Positions 1-10,045 of a DNA stretch of 64,000 nt are shown here, piece after piece. The position numbers and the translations under genes were made by a program. Below the pieces are notes generated by a model. The model worked only from the letters and a program-made list of their open reading frames with translations, searched no databases and was not told the DNA's origin. Source of the stretch: an uncultured Candidatus Saccharibacteria bacterium (GTDB taxonomy: Bacteria > Patescibacteriota > Minisyncoccia > UBA11713 > 2-01-FULL-45-33); the NCBI GenBank assembly GCA_964464405.1, contig CAYXFX010000002.1:44027-108026 (forward strand). The letters are read 5' to 3'. Every line of letters starts with the position of its first letter. The stretch's first letter is position 1.

Positions 1-2
1 AC

Positions 3-1061
3 TTGGAATTTGTAAAAGGCGCGTTTGAAAGAAATTACGTAAATGAGGGCGTGCTCGCCTCGGAATTTGAGAAAAAAATCGCGGAGCTTGTCGGCGCAAG
101 ATACGCAGTCGCGACGACAAGCGGGACGGTTTCAATTTTCCTTGTTTTAAAAGCGCTTGGCGTAGGCTCCGGAGACGAAGTTATAGTTCCCGACGCAACC
201 TTCATTGCCACCGCCAATGCAGCTGAGCTCTGCGGAGCGCGGCCAGTCTTTGTTGATATAAACGAACGCGATTTAAATATCAGCACAGAAGCCTTTGAGC
301 GTGCAATTACTTCGAAAACAAAAGCTGTAGTGCCCGTTCACGTAACGGGTCGTGCATGCGACATGGAAACAATTTTGGATATCGCTCGCAAAAATAAAAT
401 TTTTGTTGTAGAAGACGCAGCGGAAGCTTTGGGATCAAAATATAAAGGAAAATTTTTAGGAACATGGGGAGACGCAGGATGCTTTTCTTTTTCGGCAAAT
501 AAAACGATTTCTACTGCACAGGGAGGAATGATTGTAACAAACAACGGCGCGCTTGCTTCAAAAATACGCGCACTAAAAGACCAAGGACGGACAATTAAAG
601 GCACGGGCGGAGACGATTTACATAGCTCGGTAGGATACAATTTTAAATATACCGACATTCAAGCAGCTTTGGGGTTAGGACAGCTTACGCACTTTGAAAG
701 GCGCGCAGCACGAATGAAAAGAAATTACAAAATGTATTCTGATAATTTGAAAAACATAAAAGACGTTAGAGTGTTTCCTTCCAACCCGGAAGAACTTCCG
801 CAATGGACGGATATAATCTGTCCGCGAAGAGACGAACTTGCGGAACATTTAAAAAAACAAAATATTGATTGCCGCAAATATTGGCATCCAATTCACAAAC
901 AGTCTGCTTATCCCCAGCCAGACGATAAATTTCCTGTAAGCACGAGAGTGCTCCCCAAGTCGCTCTGGCTGCCTTCGGCGTTCACATTAACAGACGAGGA
1001 CGTAAATTTTGTCTCAAACGAAATAAAAAGTTTTTTCGCTCCTAAAATAAAAAGTATATAG
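3..1061 (+). CDS. DegT/DnrJ/EryC1/StrS PLP-dependent sugar aminotransferase (probably 5'-truncated by the window edge)
   Basis: Motifs GDEVIVP, VVPVH, EDAAEALG and FSFSANKTI (PLP lysine) in the translation. Confidence 0.92.
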   Translation: MEFVKGAFERNYVNEGVLASEFEKKIAELVGARYAVATTSGTVSIFLVLKALGVGSGDEVIVPDATFIATANAAELCGARPVFVDINERDLNISTEAFERAITSKTKAVVPVHVTGRACDMETILDIARKNKIFVVEDAAEALGSKYKGKFLGTWGDAGCFSFSANKTISTAQGGMIVTNNGALASKIRALKDQGRTIKGTGGDDLHSSVGYNFKYTDIQAALGLGQLTHFERRAARMKRNYKMYSDNLKNIKDVRVFPSNPEELPQWTDIICPRRDELAEHLKKQNIDCRKYWHPIHKQSAYPQPDDKFPVSTRVLPKSLWLPSAFTLTDEDVNFVSNEIKSFFAPKIKSI

Positions 1062-1145
1062 AAAATTAAAAAAACCGCTATAGCATTTTTTACATATACA
1101 TTTACGGACGACCGTCATTATGTGTATATATCCTATATTTTGCAT

Positions 1146-2165
1146 TTAAACTGCCGTAGAATGCTTGAAATACCACTCATACGTGCGGCGCAATCCTTCG
1201 TCTAAAGAAACTTCGGGTTTCCAGCCGGTGAGTGTTTGTAATTTAGAAACGTCCGCGAGGCGCCGTTTTACGCTACCAGGCGGAGAAGATTTGATGTCTA
1301 ACTCTTTTGGGCGCCAACCGGTAATTTTAAACATGCGCTCAGCTAAATCGAGCGCTGTGATTTCGTGAAAATCACCTATATGCACAGTTTCTATTGGCTG
1401 GTGGTCAGTTTTCGGAGTATCCATAAGTAAACGCATCGCGCGCACGGCATCATCTATATAACAATACGTGCGTGTTTCGTCCGCTCCGAAAATAGAAAAA
1501 GGATCGACGCTTCGTGCGATTCTTAAAGAAAATTCCGGTATTACGTGATCATATCCGGCGCGCGGACCGTAAAAGTTGTGCGGACGCACAATTATCCCAC
1601 GAAAATTATGGCTCTTCGCATAATGAATTAAAAACGGCTCTCCTATTAGTTTTGTGGCCGCATATGACCATCGCGGATTATACGGGTCGTCCACAACTAG
1701 CTGAACATTTTCGGGCGTTGGAATCGGCAGAGAGTTAAAAGCGTTAAGGGCGCCTGCGTATGCTTCATTTGATGATGTAAATAAAAATTTTCCGCCAGAG
1801 TTTTCTTTTTTAAACCATTCGAGCATATATATCAAAGAAAGCGTATTTATTCGCATAACTTCGTGCGGCATTTGATAAAAGTTTTTAGTGCCGTTAATTG
1901 CCGCGAGATGATAGACATGATGATACCCGTTTCCCAAATCGTTATACGAATTATGGTCAGTTAAATCCAAGTTAAGAAACCGAACGCGCGGATCGCAAAG
2001 CAGCGTTTTAAATTCGTCGTCCATTTTTCCACGCTGCAAATTATCTACCAATATAAGCAAAATATTTTCACCATAAGATGCAAGCAAATGCTGCGCTAAA
2101 TGGTAGCCGATAAACCCCGCTCCTCCTGTTATTAATATTTTTTTTATTTTTTCAGCCATATCCAC
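1146..2165 (-). CDS. NAD-dependent nucleotide-sugar epimerase/dehydratase (UDP-glucuronate decarboxylase-like, extended SDR)
   Basis: ITGGAGFIG Rossmann motif, YAATK catalytic YxxxK, RPHNFYGPR. Confidence 0.88.
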   Translation of the reverse strand: MDMAEKIKKILITGGAGFIGYHLAQHLLASYGENILLILVDNLQRGKMDDEFKTLLCDPRVRFLNLDLTDHNSYNDLGNGYHHVYHLAAINGTKNFYQMPHEVMRINTLSLIYMLEWFKKENSGGKFLFTSSNEAYAGALNAFNSLPIPTPENVQLVVDDPYNPRWSYAATKLIGEPFLIHYAKSHNFRGIIVRPHNFYGPRAGYDHVIPEFSLRIARSVDPFSIFGADETRTYCYIDDAVRAMRLLMDTPKTDHQPIETVHIGDFHEITALDLAERMFKITGWRPKELDIKSSPPGSVKRRLADVSKLQTLTGWKPEVSLDEGLRRTYEWYFKHSTAV

Positions 2166-3742
2166 AAACTTTTTGGATCTTCTATTTCGTGTTTAATAAA
2201 TTTAAAACCGACGGCCTCCGCCATTTGTTTTGCTTCGCGGGGACTTAAAGAAACGCCGTATGCCCAATGCCACTTGTATGGGCCCATTCCCGTGCGAAGG
2301 TGAAGCTTTGCAATTCCTCCTGTATTTAACGTCCGGTAAAGTTCCTTAAAATAATTAGCAAGCGCTTTTTTTTGAGGCACATGCCGCAATGCTTGATATG
2401 AAAACGCCAAATCGAAGGAATTGCTTTTAAATGGAATGCTTTGTCCATCGGAAATTTGATAGTTAATGCGCTGGTCCGCAACTCTTTTTTTTGCGCTAGT
2501 CAGCATTGCGTCTGAAATATCAATTGCAGCAACACTTACAAAATGCTTCGGGAAAAATTCCGTCATTCTACCAAGACCGCATCCGATTTCAAGCGCAGAT
2601 GTTTTTGAATTTAGTATCTGGAATAATAATTTGTCTTCTTCTATATATTTTTTATAATCAGAAAGTCCGGTCTCCCGCAATTCAAATTCACTCACGTCTT
2701 TTCCTGACAAAGTTTTCGTATTTACATAATATCTCGCGTTCTTTTCTGCAAGTTTATTCCAAATATCACGCACATCGGATAAATCTCTGTCGGGAATCAC
2801 GCGCGTGAGCGCTTCTGATAAAAATCTAAATTTTTTCCTTGCCAGCTGCACCCCCCGTAAAGAATTAAGTTTATTCCACAAAAAAATACCGGTTCCTACG
2901 TCTCCCATAGCCTGCCGCTCATCGGCCCAAGAAGAAAACCATTCAGGAAGCTCGTTTTTTTTCTCAAATTCGCGATGCGCTAAATTACTTTTGTATGCCG
3001 CTTCCATAACCATGTTTCTTCCGCCGCTTCTGAAAGCGCGGGCAAATGCCCGCAGGTCTTTTGGTAAACAATGTCCCCCAAACGATTTTCCGTATCTTAA
3101 ATAACTTTTTTTCTCAAAAATAAAATCTATTACATCAGAGTCCTGAGTTAAATCTCCAAATTCATTAACAAATGCAACGCGCAGCGCATTCCAAATATTT
3201 GAAAGATATTTAATATAAGAAGCCTGTTCAGGCGTTCCTGTAAAAACTCTGTTTGACCTTATCCGCCATGAATCAAAGAATTCCGGTTCTTTTTGTAGCA
3301 TTGTTTTTGCGCCCAAAACAAAAAATTGCGGATTTAAGCACTCTTCCACCGCATGCTTTTCATGCAGAAACTCAGGCAAATAGAAATGAAAGTTAAGCTC
3401 TCGCAAACTTTGCGGTAAAACAGTCGAACGCAAAATAATTTTCCCCTTTGTTTCTTTTAACGAATCGAGTGCTTTTTTTATTAAACTTAAGTCCTGCGCG
3501 CCCTCTTCACTCACCTTATCCCCCACGCAAACGATATAAGAAGTGTCCACACTGTCCTTTTCTAAAGGGCTCGCAAGCGGCTGAATTTTTTTGTATAAGT
3601 CTTCGAATTCCACATAACGAAAAACTGGCGGCACCACGTCGTAATAATAAACTTCTTCGCCCATTTTTGTAAGCGCAATTGCGTTTGCCTGCCCCACCCA
3701 TCCGAACCCGACAACAACCATTCTTGGCTTTCCATTTTGCAT
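2144..3742 (-). CDS. Fusion of a UDP-glucose/GDP-mannose dehydrogenase-like N-terminal part and a class I SAM-dependent methyltransferase
   Basis: VVGFGWVG, LRSTV, PEFL, KYLSN, FGGHCLPKD in the N-terminal half; LEIGCGLGR and AIDISDAML in the C-terminal half. Confidence 0.85.
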   Translation of the reverse strand: MQNGKPRMVVVGFGWVGQANAIALTKMGEEVYYYDVVPPVFRYVEFEDLYKKIQPLASPLEKDSVDTSYIVCVGDKVSEEGAQDLSLIKKALDSLKETKGKIILRSTVLPQSLRELNFHFYLPEFLHEKHAVEECLNPQFFVLGAKTMLQKEPEFFDSWRIRSNRVFTGTPEQASYIKYLSNIWNALRVAFVNEFGDLTQDSDVIDFIFEKKSYLRYGKSFGGHCLPKDLRAFARAFRSGGRNMVMEAAYKSNLAHREFEKKNELPEWFSSWADERQAMGDVGTGIFLWNKLNSLRGVQLARKKFRFLSEALTRVIPDRDLSDVRDIWNKLAEKNARYYVNTKTLSGKDVSEFELRETGLSDYKKYIEEDKLLFQILNSKTSALEIGCGLGRMTEFFPKHFVSVAAIDISDAMLTSAKKRVADQRINYQISDGQSIPFKSNSFDLAFSYQALRHVPQKKALANYFKELYRTLNTGGIAKLHLRTGMGPYKWHWAYGVSLSPREAKQMAEAVGFKFIKHEIEDPKSLWIWLKK

Positions 3743-3782
3743 ATAAATTAAACCTGTTGCGAGCTAGTGAAGTAACCATTTT

Positions 3783-5510
3783 TTAATACTTAATTTTATA
3801 TAAATAAAGGCTTTCCGATCTTAAAACTTCTTCGAGCCCAGTTATAAATTTTAAGTCCCATTCGGGATTTTTCTCTTTATCCCAAACGATATAATTAACT
3901 CCGTATTTTCTTAATATTTCAACGATATTGTTTTTATTTTTTGAAATATCCGAGTATTTCGCCTCCAGTTCCTTTTTTACTTCTAGCTCACTTTTCCCGG
4001 TTTTATGTGCATTAAATCCGGCAACGGTTCCCAAAAGCATATAGTAATAGTTGCGGTCCGTAAAATTCTTTTCTGCGGTCTTTACATTTGAATAATAATC
4101 AAAAAAGTTATTTCTGGCGTCTTTATTTAAATATGTATAAACGTAAAATACATCATAAATTTTTTCTTCCGGTGTATTTAAAGTTTGTGCGCCATCTGCC
4201 CAAAAAAGGTCATGCGGAGTATGCACAATAAACAGAAGCTGATCTAAATATTGGGACGCAAGTATTACGCCCGGCGTGCTGTCTTTATTTAAATAATCAA
4301 TTGCCGCACCATAGCGTTGCAGATATTTTTTTATTTCGAATGTTGCAAATGTTCCGCGGTATTGATGGATTCCCATGTATCCATAAATTAATAAAATAAT
4401 AGAACAAAACAATATATTTTTATATTTAAAACTTTTTAATAAATCAGCCGCAATTATTAATACAACAAAAATCGAAACGGGAATGACAAAATACCAAAAA
4501 TAATGCCATGGCTGTATTTCTCTGCCAGTGATAATATGCTGATTTAGGACAAACCAATTTCCTAAAAATAAGCTGAAAAGCAAAATAGAATTTTTTTGCA
4601 TGCGGTTTTTATAAAAATACGGAATTAGCAAAAAAACAGGAACCAAAGCGATTTTGCTGAAAACAAATGAGCCGCTCAGTGTCTCCCCGGAAAAAAACAA
4701 AAGCCGCCGTCCTAATTCGGAGTTAATCACAGAAAAAAGCTTAATTAACGGATACGCACCAACTGCTAATGCCGTAACTCCGACAAGCACTATTTTTTTA
4801 ATTTGCCCAAAATCGCGCAACACCGCGTTTAGCAGCAAAGAAACAAAAATGACCGCTCCAGCATAAGTCCATGCGTAAAAATAAACATAAAATAACGCGC
4901 CTAGCGTCGCTCCAGACAAATAAATATATTTTTTATTTGTTTCTTTTAAACACTTATTAAAAAAATATAAAAAGAGAAAAAGAAAAATCGCGCTAAAAAG
5001 CGGACGTATAGGACGAGCATAAACATTAAAATCCGTGCCGTATCCGCTAAAAAGTATCGGATATCTAACAATCAAATTATATCCTCCGATAATAAAAACC
5101 GGCGCAAGAACCGAAACAATTTTGTCAGCCGTTAATTCAAGGGCTAAAAAATAAATAATAACTGAAAGCAAAAATACGCCAATAAATCCCCATATATTAA
5201 AAACGGCTTCAACATTGACATCAGTGGCCCCAAACAATTTATATGGAAACATCAGCAACTGTTCCACGTAAATTTGTTGGACATTGGGCCCATCTTTTCC
5301 TTCTTTTAAAATAAAATTCCCGAGAGAATGTCCGTCTAAAATTTCTCTGCCGTGAGCAAGATACTGCCACTCATCCGATTCAAAATTTCCTGAATTAATT
5401 CCTCTATAATCGCCTCCGGCTAAAAATGGGAGTATTATATTCGGAAAAAACACCAAAAAAGCAATGGCAAGCGCATTTACCAACATAAACTTGTGTTCCT
5501 TAAATTTCAT
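3783..5510 (-). CDS. Polytopic membrane protein, probable GT-C fold glycosyltransferase (paralog 1 of 3)
   Basis: Many TM segments, acidic DE motif in the first outer loop, LFYVYFYAWT, HDLFW; start placed at the second Met (MKFKEH). Confidence 0.65.
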   Translation of the reverse strand: MKFKEHKFMLVNALAIAFLVFFPNIILPFLAGGDYRGINSGNFESDEWQYLAHGREILDGHSLGNFILKEGKDGPNVQQIYVEQLLMFPYKLFGATDVNVEAVFNIWGFIGVFLLSVIIYFLALELTADKIVSVLAPVFIIGGYNLIVRYPILFSGYGTDFNVYARPIRPLFSAIFLFLFLYFFNKCLKETNKKYIYLSGATLGALFYVYFYAWTYAGAVIFVSLLLNAVLRDFGQIKKIVLVGVTALAVGAYPLIKLFSVINSELGRRLLFFSGETLSGSFVFSKIALVPVFLLIPYFYKNRMQKNSILLFSLFLGNWFVLNQHIITGREIQPWHYFWYFVIPVSIFVVLIIAADLLKSFKYKNILFCSIILLIYGYMGIHQYRGTFATFEIKKYLQRYGAAIDYLNKDSTPGVILASQYLDQLLFIVHTPHDLFWADGAQTLNTPEEKIYDVFYVYTYLNKDARNNFFDYYSNVKTAEKNFTDRNYYYMLLGTVAGFNAHKTGKSELEVKKELEAKYSDISKNKNNIVEILRKYGVNYIVWDKEKNPEWDLKFITGLEEVLRSESLYLYKIKY

Positions 5511-7224
5511 ACAGATGAATGTTATTCTCACTTTTAATTTCATGAAGTGTATTTATAAAAGACAAATCCCAGCTAGAATAAATATTTTCATCCCACAAAA
5601 TATACCGAACTTCATATTTTTTAAGCATTTCGACGATGTTTTTAGGACTCCGCGCCAGTTTGTTGTATTCCTCTGAAAAATCATTTAATAACTTTTCTCT
5701 TTTTTCTAAAAGTTCCGGATCTTTTCTTCCTAGTCTGCGATAATATTCATAGTGGTCAAATCCGGATAAATATCCTTCTATGCCTTCATAAACCGCGTGA
5801 GTCGGCGCATTATTAATAAAATCATTTCTTGTATTTTTATTTAAATATACATAAAGATACAAAGCGTCTTTAAAGCGCTGCATAGGATTGTAATTCATTG
5901 CGGCAAAATTGTGCCAAAAAAGATCATGCGGAGTATATATATTTACGAGCTGCGCATAAGGGTCGTCTCCCGCTAAAACAACTTCTGACTCTTTTTCTTT
6001 ATTTAAAATTTCCAGCACACTTTTATATTTTTGGTCGTAAAGTTTAGATTCGTAAGTTGTGCCAAAAGAACGGTATTGTCCTATGGCCGTATTTAGCAAC
6101 GCAAGCAAAATCAGTAAACCAAAACTTATTTTTCTTAAAAAATTATAATTTTCGGACAGCTTCCATAACATATAGAAGGTCGTAATAATAAAAAGCGGCA
6201 CAATAAAAAACCAGTAATAATGATTTTGTTGTAGCATTCGTCCCGTAATTATCTGCTGGTTTAAGGCGACAAATCCGGCAAGAGCCACAGAAAGCACAAA
6301 AGGGGCATTCGAATCCTCGCGGTCTTTGTAAATAAAAAAACAGAAAAGAACCAGTGAAAGCAACCCGAGATTATTCATTATAGGAGCGCTTCCCAGTGAC
6401 GACCATGAAAAATAATAAAATTGTTCACCTGCCGGCGAATTCAAAAAGTTAAAAATACGCAAAAGATACAAGCTTCCGATAAAAAATCCCAAAATATTTA
6501 TCCAGAAAACCCTTTTTGCGTTGCGGAAATCCTTCCAAAAAAGAAGGGCTAAAAATAAAATTCCGTTTAAAACTAAAGCAAAAGTCCAGGCATAAAAATA
6601 AACATAAAAAAGTAGCCCGTAAAGCGCGCCGGCAAAAAATATCGTTTTAATTTTTTCTGATTTAAGTGCCTTTACTAAAGCAAGCAAGTAAGAAAAAAAT
6701 GCAAGTGAGCCAATATAAGGATATAAAGATCTGCCGTACACATTAAAATCCTCGTAAAAAAAAGTTTTGTTGTATACTATTGAATAACCGCCGACAACAA
6801 AAAGTGCGGCGGATATTGCGAGAAATTTATTCGCGCTAATTTTCAAAGTTAAAAAATAAATTAGCAGAATTAAAAGAAATACTCCTATAAAATTATAAAT
6901 ATTATAAAGCGTTACAATATTTATTTGGTCCTTCAGTCCAAGAAAATATAAAGGTCCAACAAGCACATACTCGTTTATCGTAAAGTAATAGTCTTGTTTC
7001 GTACTTTTCCCTTCTTTTAATGCGGGGTTGCCCAAATAATTGCCGTGAAGCACATCGTTTCCGCGTGTTAAATAAAGATGTTCGTCTGTACCAAAATGAG
7101 CAATGTTTATTCCTTGGTACGAATCTCCAGCTTTAAAATAAAATGCAACTAGAGGAAATTCTATAAGCAGAGCCAAAATAAAGGACGAAATTAGTGCGGC
7201 TCGATGTTGTTTTAAAAATTCCAT
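5500..7224 (-). CDS. Polytopic membrane protein, probable GT-C fold glycosyltransferase (paralog 2 of 3)
   Basis: YQGINIAHFGTDEHLY, LFYVYFYAWT, LNQQIITG and HDLFW shared with the paralogs. Confidence 0.65.
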   Translation of the reverse strand: MEFLKQHRAALISSFILALLIEFPLVAFYFKAGDSYQGINIAHFGTDEHLYLTRGNDVLHGNYLGNPALKEGKSTKQDYYFTINEYVLVGPLYFLGLKDQINIVTLYNIYNFIGVFLLILLIYFLTLKISANKFLAISAALFVVGGYSIVYNKTFFYEDFNVYGRSLYPYIGSLAFFSYLLALVKALKSEKIKTIFFAGALYGLLFYVYFYAWTFALVLNGILFLALLFWKDFRNAKRVFWINILGFFIGSLYLLRIFNFLNSPAGEQFYYFSWSSLGSAPIMNNLGLLSLVLFCFFIYKDREDSNAPFVLSVALAGFVALNQQIITGRMLQQNHYYWFFIVPLFIITTFYMLWKLSENYNFLRKISFGLLILLALLNTAIGQYRSFGTTYESKLYDQKYKSVLEILNKEKESEVVLAGDDPYAQLVNIYTPHDLFWHNFAAMNYNPMQRFKDALYLYVYLNKNTRNDFINNAPTHAVYEGIEGYLSGFDHYEYYRRLGRKDPELLEKREKLLNDFSEEYNKLARSPKNIVEMLKKYEVRYILWDENIYSSWDLSFINTLHEIKSENNIHLYEI

Positions 7225-7898
7225 TGTTTTTCCGGTTTGATTATTAAAAAATGGAAAGTGTTAAAATAACACGGCCGCAAAATCAGGGAATAAAAAGGAT
7301 AAATTAAAAAAAATATTATTTTGAATCTTTTTTTTAATTTATCTTCACGAATATCATAAACTGCAAAACCTGTTTTGTTCAACATTTTTTTCGCTCTTTT
7401 ATAAGTAAAGTAATGCATGCTTACTAATTTCTGTCTTCCTCCGTAACCATCCGGTTTTTGCCGCCGAGCAAATTTCAAAACGGCTTCGGTCCATTCCCTT
7501 GGAATCCAGTTGATAAAATAGATATGATAATGATAGTCATAAACTCCGAAACGGTTGTGAAAGCTAATATAAGATTTGCCTCCCGGCTTTAAAACTCTGA
7601 AAATTTCTGCGCACATTTTTTTTGGGTCATCAACATGCTCCGTAACTTCCGAGGAATTTATAAAATCAAACATATTGCTTGAAAAAGGCAGCTCCTCCGC
7701 CTTGCCTGCAATAATATTTCCGCGCATACTTTCCGGTTTTACGTCAACGCCATAAGTTTTATAACCTAGACGTTCCATCTCTTCCAAAAATCTTCCGTCA
7801 CCCGCTCCTATATCTAAAACTAAACCGCCTTTTTTTAAAAACTGTGCGCAATATTCTGAATGCCTCATATAAATGTTTAGTAATATAGACCTCTCCAA
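7212..7898 (-). CDS. Class I SAM-dependent methyltransferase
   Basis: VLDIGAGDG, EVTEHV, RVLKPGG. Confidence 0.88.
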   Translation of the reverse strand: MERSILLNIYMRHSEYCAQFLKKGGLVLDIGAGDGRFLEEMERLGYKTYGVDVKPESMRGNIIAGKAEELPFSSNMFDFINSSEVTEHVDDPKKMCAEIFRVLKPGGKSYISFHNRFGVYDYHYHIYFINWIPREWTEAVLKFARRQKPDGYGGRQKLVSMHYFTYKRAKKMLNKTGFAVYDIREDKLKKRFKIIFFLIYPFYSLILRPCYFNTFHFLIIKPEKQWNF

Positions 7899-8596
7899 TG
7901 GTTAATTTTTATTTGTAATAACTCCTTCGCAGAACTTACTATGTCCGAAAGTACTCTCACTCGAGAATCATCATCATGCGCCCAGCTTACGGGCATCTGC
8001 CGAATTGGAATTTGTTTAAGACGTGCAATATATAAAAGCTCCGTATCAAAAGCCCATCTGTTAATCCGCGCCCTGGGAAATATTTTTACCGTTGCTTCTT
8101 TTGAAAAGCACTTAAATCCGCATGTAAAATCGGGGATCCCTGGAACAAAAAGGTTAGAGAGCTTGCTAAACCCTTGTCCTAAAAAAATTCTTAAAAAAGA
8201 TTCGCTTCTTTGTACTTTAGATCCACTAAGTCTCCGGCTTCCGATAATAATTTGGTCAGAAGGCTCCATAAGTAATTTTAATTGTTCAAATTCCGAAAGC
8301 GGAGTTGCTAAATCAATATCAAAAAAAATGACCCAGTCACTCGATGCGGCCAAAGCTCCCTGCCTTACAGCGTACCCCTTTCCGGTGTTTTTTTTGTATT
8401 CTACTATCTTAAACCCATACTTTGACTTGTAGTTTTCTAAAATCTTTTGCGTATCGTCACGAGATCCGTCATTTACAAAAATAATTTCCGTTCGCTCCGG
8501 AACTTTAGAAAAAAACTCGCAGATGCTGTCTATATTTTTCGGGATCCTTTTTTCTTCATTATAAACGGGAATTACAATAGAAAAAGAATGGGGCAT
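7877..8596 (-). CDS. GT2 polyprenol-phosphate glycosyltransferase (Dol-P-Glc synthase-like)
   Basis: SIVIPVYNE, VNDGS, GKGYAV, DIDL, DFTCGFK, WAFDTELL; start placed at MPHSF. Confidence 0.88.
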   Translation of the reverse strand: MPHSFSIVIPVYNEEKRIPKNIDSICEFFSKVPERTEIIFVNDGSRDDTQKILENYKSKYGFKIVEYKKNTGKGYAVRQGALAASSDWVIFFDIDLATPLSEFEQLKLLMEPSDQIIIGSRRLSGSKVQRSESFLRIFLGQGFSKLSNLFVPGIPDFTCGFKCFSKEATVKIFPRARINRWAFDTELLYIARLKQIPIRQMPVSWAHDDDSRVRVLSDIVSSAKELLQIKINHWRGLYY

Positions 8597-8597
8597 T

Positions 8598-9644
8598 TTA
8601 AAAAAAATATTTCGCAAATTTTAATATTCCCTGTTTCCAAGGTACTCGGTGAGATACACCACTTATATCGCCGAACTTATTTTTATTTTCAAGATACCAT
8701 TCAAAATTTCTCACAAGCGCATCTTTATTTGAATATTTAGGGGTATACCCCAAAATACTCTCCGCTTTCTCTATAGAAACAAAGGAGTCTTTCCCGGCAG
8801 TTTCGTATACCCACTTGTAAAGCGGCGAAAGATGAAGTATTTCTAAAAATCGCAAAGTCCAAATCATAGGAGCTGCAGGCAACCCTATGATTTTTTTTCC
8901 GAAACCGGCATGATCCAAAACCGCTTGATAATCTTCGCGCATAGTTAAGAAGTTCCTTGCGCCAATATTAAAAGTATCGTTCACTTTTTCTTCTGGCAAT
9001 GTAAGCGTGAGCCAAATAGCTTCGCACAAATCTTCGACGTCCAGCAACTGATATTTATTTTTTCCGTTGCCTATCATAGGGAAACCACAACCTGTACTTG
9101 CCCAATCATAAAATAAAGCAAATACCCCCAAACGTTCTGGGCCTATAAAAGATTTTGGACGCAAAATAGGAACAATAGCTCCTTTTTTTCTTGCTTCTTT
9201 ACAAAGCTCTTCTGCCAAAATTTTTGCTTCGCCGTATGGTCCCACCCCTTGCAATTTATCGGTTTCATATATCGGGTGATGGTCGGGAATCCCATAAACA
9301 GCCGTGCTTGATATATGTACGATGCGCGGAATTTTATTTTTTATAACGGCGTCTAAAATATTTTTTGTGCCGTTAACTTCCGTTGAAAAAATATCTTCTT
9401 TGCTATAAAGTGGAAGCGCTGCTGCGGTATGCACTACCGCATAAACATTGTGAGTTGCTTCTTCGACATCTTTTACATTTCGTACATCTCCCGTAATGCA
9501 CTTAACTTGATTTTTTTCTAAGTAATCAAAAGGCGCGATATCCAAAGACACAACCTCGCATCCTTTTTTTAATAAAAAGCGCGCGAGGTTAATTCCTAAA
9601 AATCCAGCTCCACCGGTAATTAATATTTTTTTATCGCCATCCAT
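8598..9644 (-). CDS. NAD-dependent epimerase/dehydratase (extended SDR)
   Basis: ITGGAGFLG, SSTAVYG, YGEAK. Confidence 0.87.
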   Translation of the reverse strand: MDGDKKILITGGAGFLGINLARFLLKKGCEVVSLDIAPFDYLEKNQVKCITGDVRNVKDVEEATHNVYAVVHTAAALPLYSKEDIFSTEVNGTKNILDAVIKNKIPRIVHISSTAVYGIPDHHPIYETDKLQGVGPYGEAKILAEELCKEARKKGAIVPILRPKSFIGPERLGVFALFYDWASTGCGFPMIGNGKNKYQLLDVEDLCEAIWLTLTLPEEKVNDTFNIGARNFLTMREDYQAVLDHAGFGKKIIGLPAAPMIWTLRFLEILHLSPLYKWVYETAGKDSFVSIEKAESILGYTPKYSNKDALVRNFEWYLENKNKFGDISGVSHRVPWKQGILKFAKYFF

Positions 9645-10045
9645 AATTTATAAGCTATATTATCAATCAAATAAGTTATTTTTACAAACAAAGGTTCTCT
9701 TCCAGAGATTTTTCTTCGCACCATCATAAAATCAGAGCCTATATTTTTAGCAAACAGCCCGTCCGTCAAAAATTTATCTCCTATTACAATCGTATTTTTA
9801 CTTTTTATTTCTAAATTTCCCAAAGCCGATCTCCACGGTTTTCTTTTGTTGCTTCCTTTGTTACTTAATATGTGGACCTCATTATTCCTTTTTAATTCCT
9901 CTATCTTATGTAAAACTACTTTGCTTATGTCTTTGTCTCCATCCGGGCGCAGGGTGCCATCAACGTCTAAAATGATACACGCTCCAGAAATCGCGCCGAT
10001 TTCCTCAAAAAATTGCGGGTTTTCTCTTTTTTCACTACCCAGCAT
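9620..10045 (-). CDS. YqeG-like HAD subfamily IIIA phosphatase
   Basis: ILDVDGTL, LSN, KP, VIGDKFLTDGL. Confidence 0.8.
   Translation of the reverse strand: MLGSEKRENPQFFEEIGAISGACIILDVDGTLRPDGDKDISKVVLHKIEELKRNNEVHILSNKGSNKRKPWRSALGNLEIKSKNTIVIGDKFLTDGLFAKNIGSDFMMVRRKISGREPLFVKITYLIDNIAYKLWMAIKKY

Noticed and set aside
1077-1087. CGCTATAGCAT shared with about 25937
   Set aside because: An 11-bp match in two spacers is too short to support a regulatory motif.
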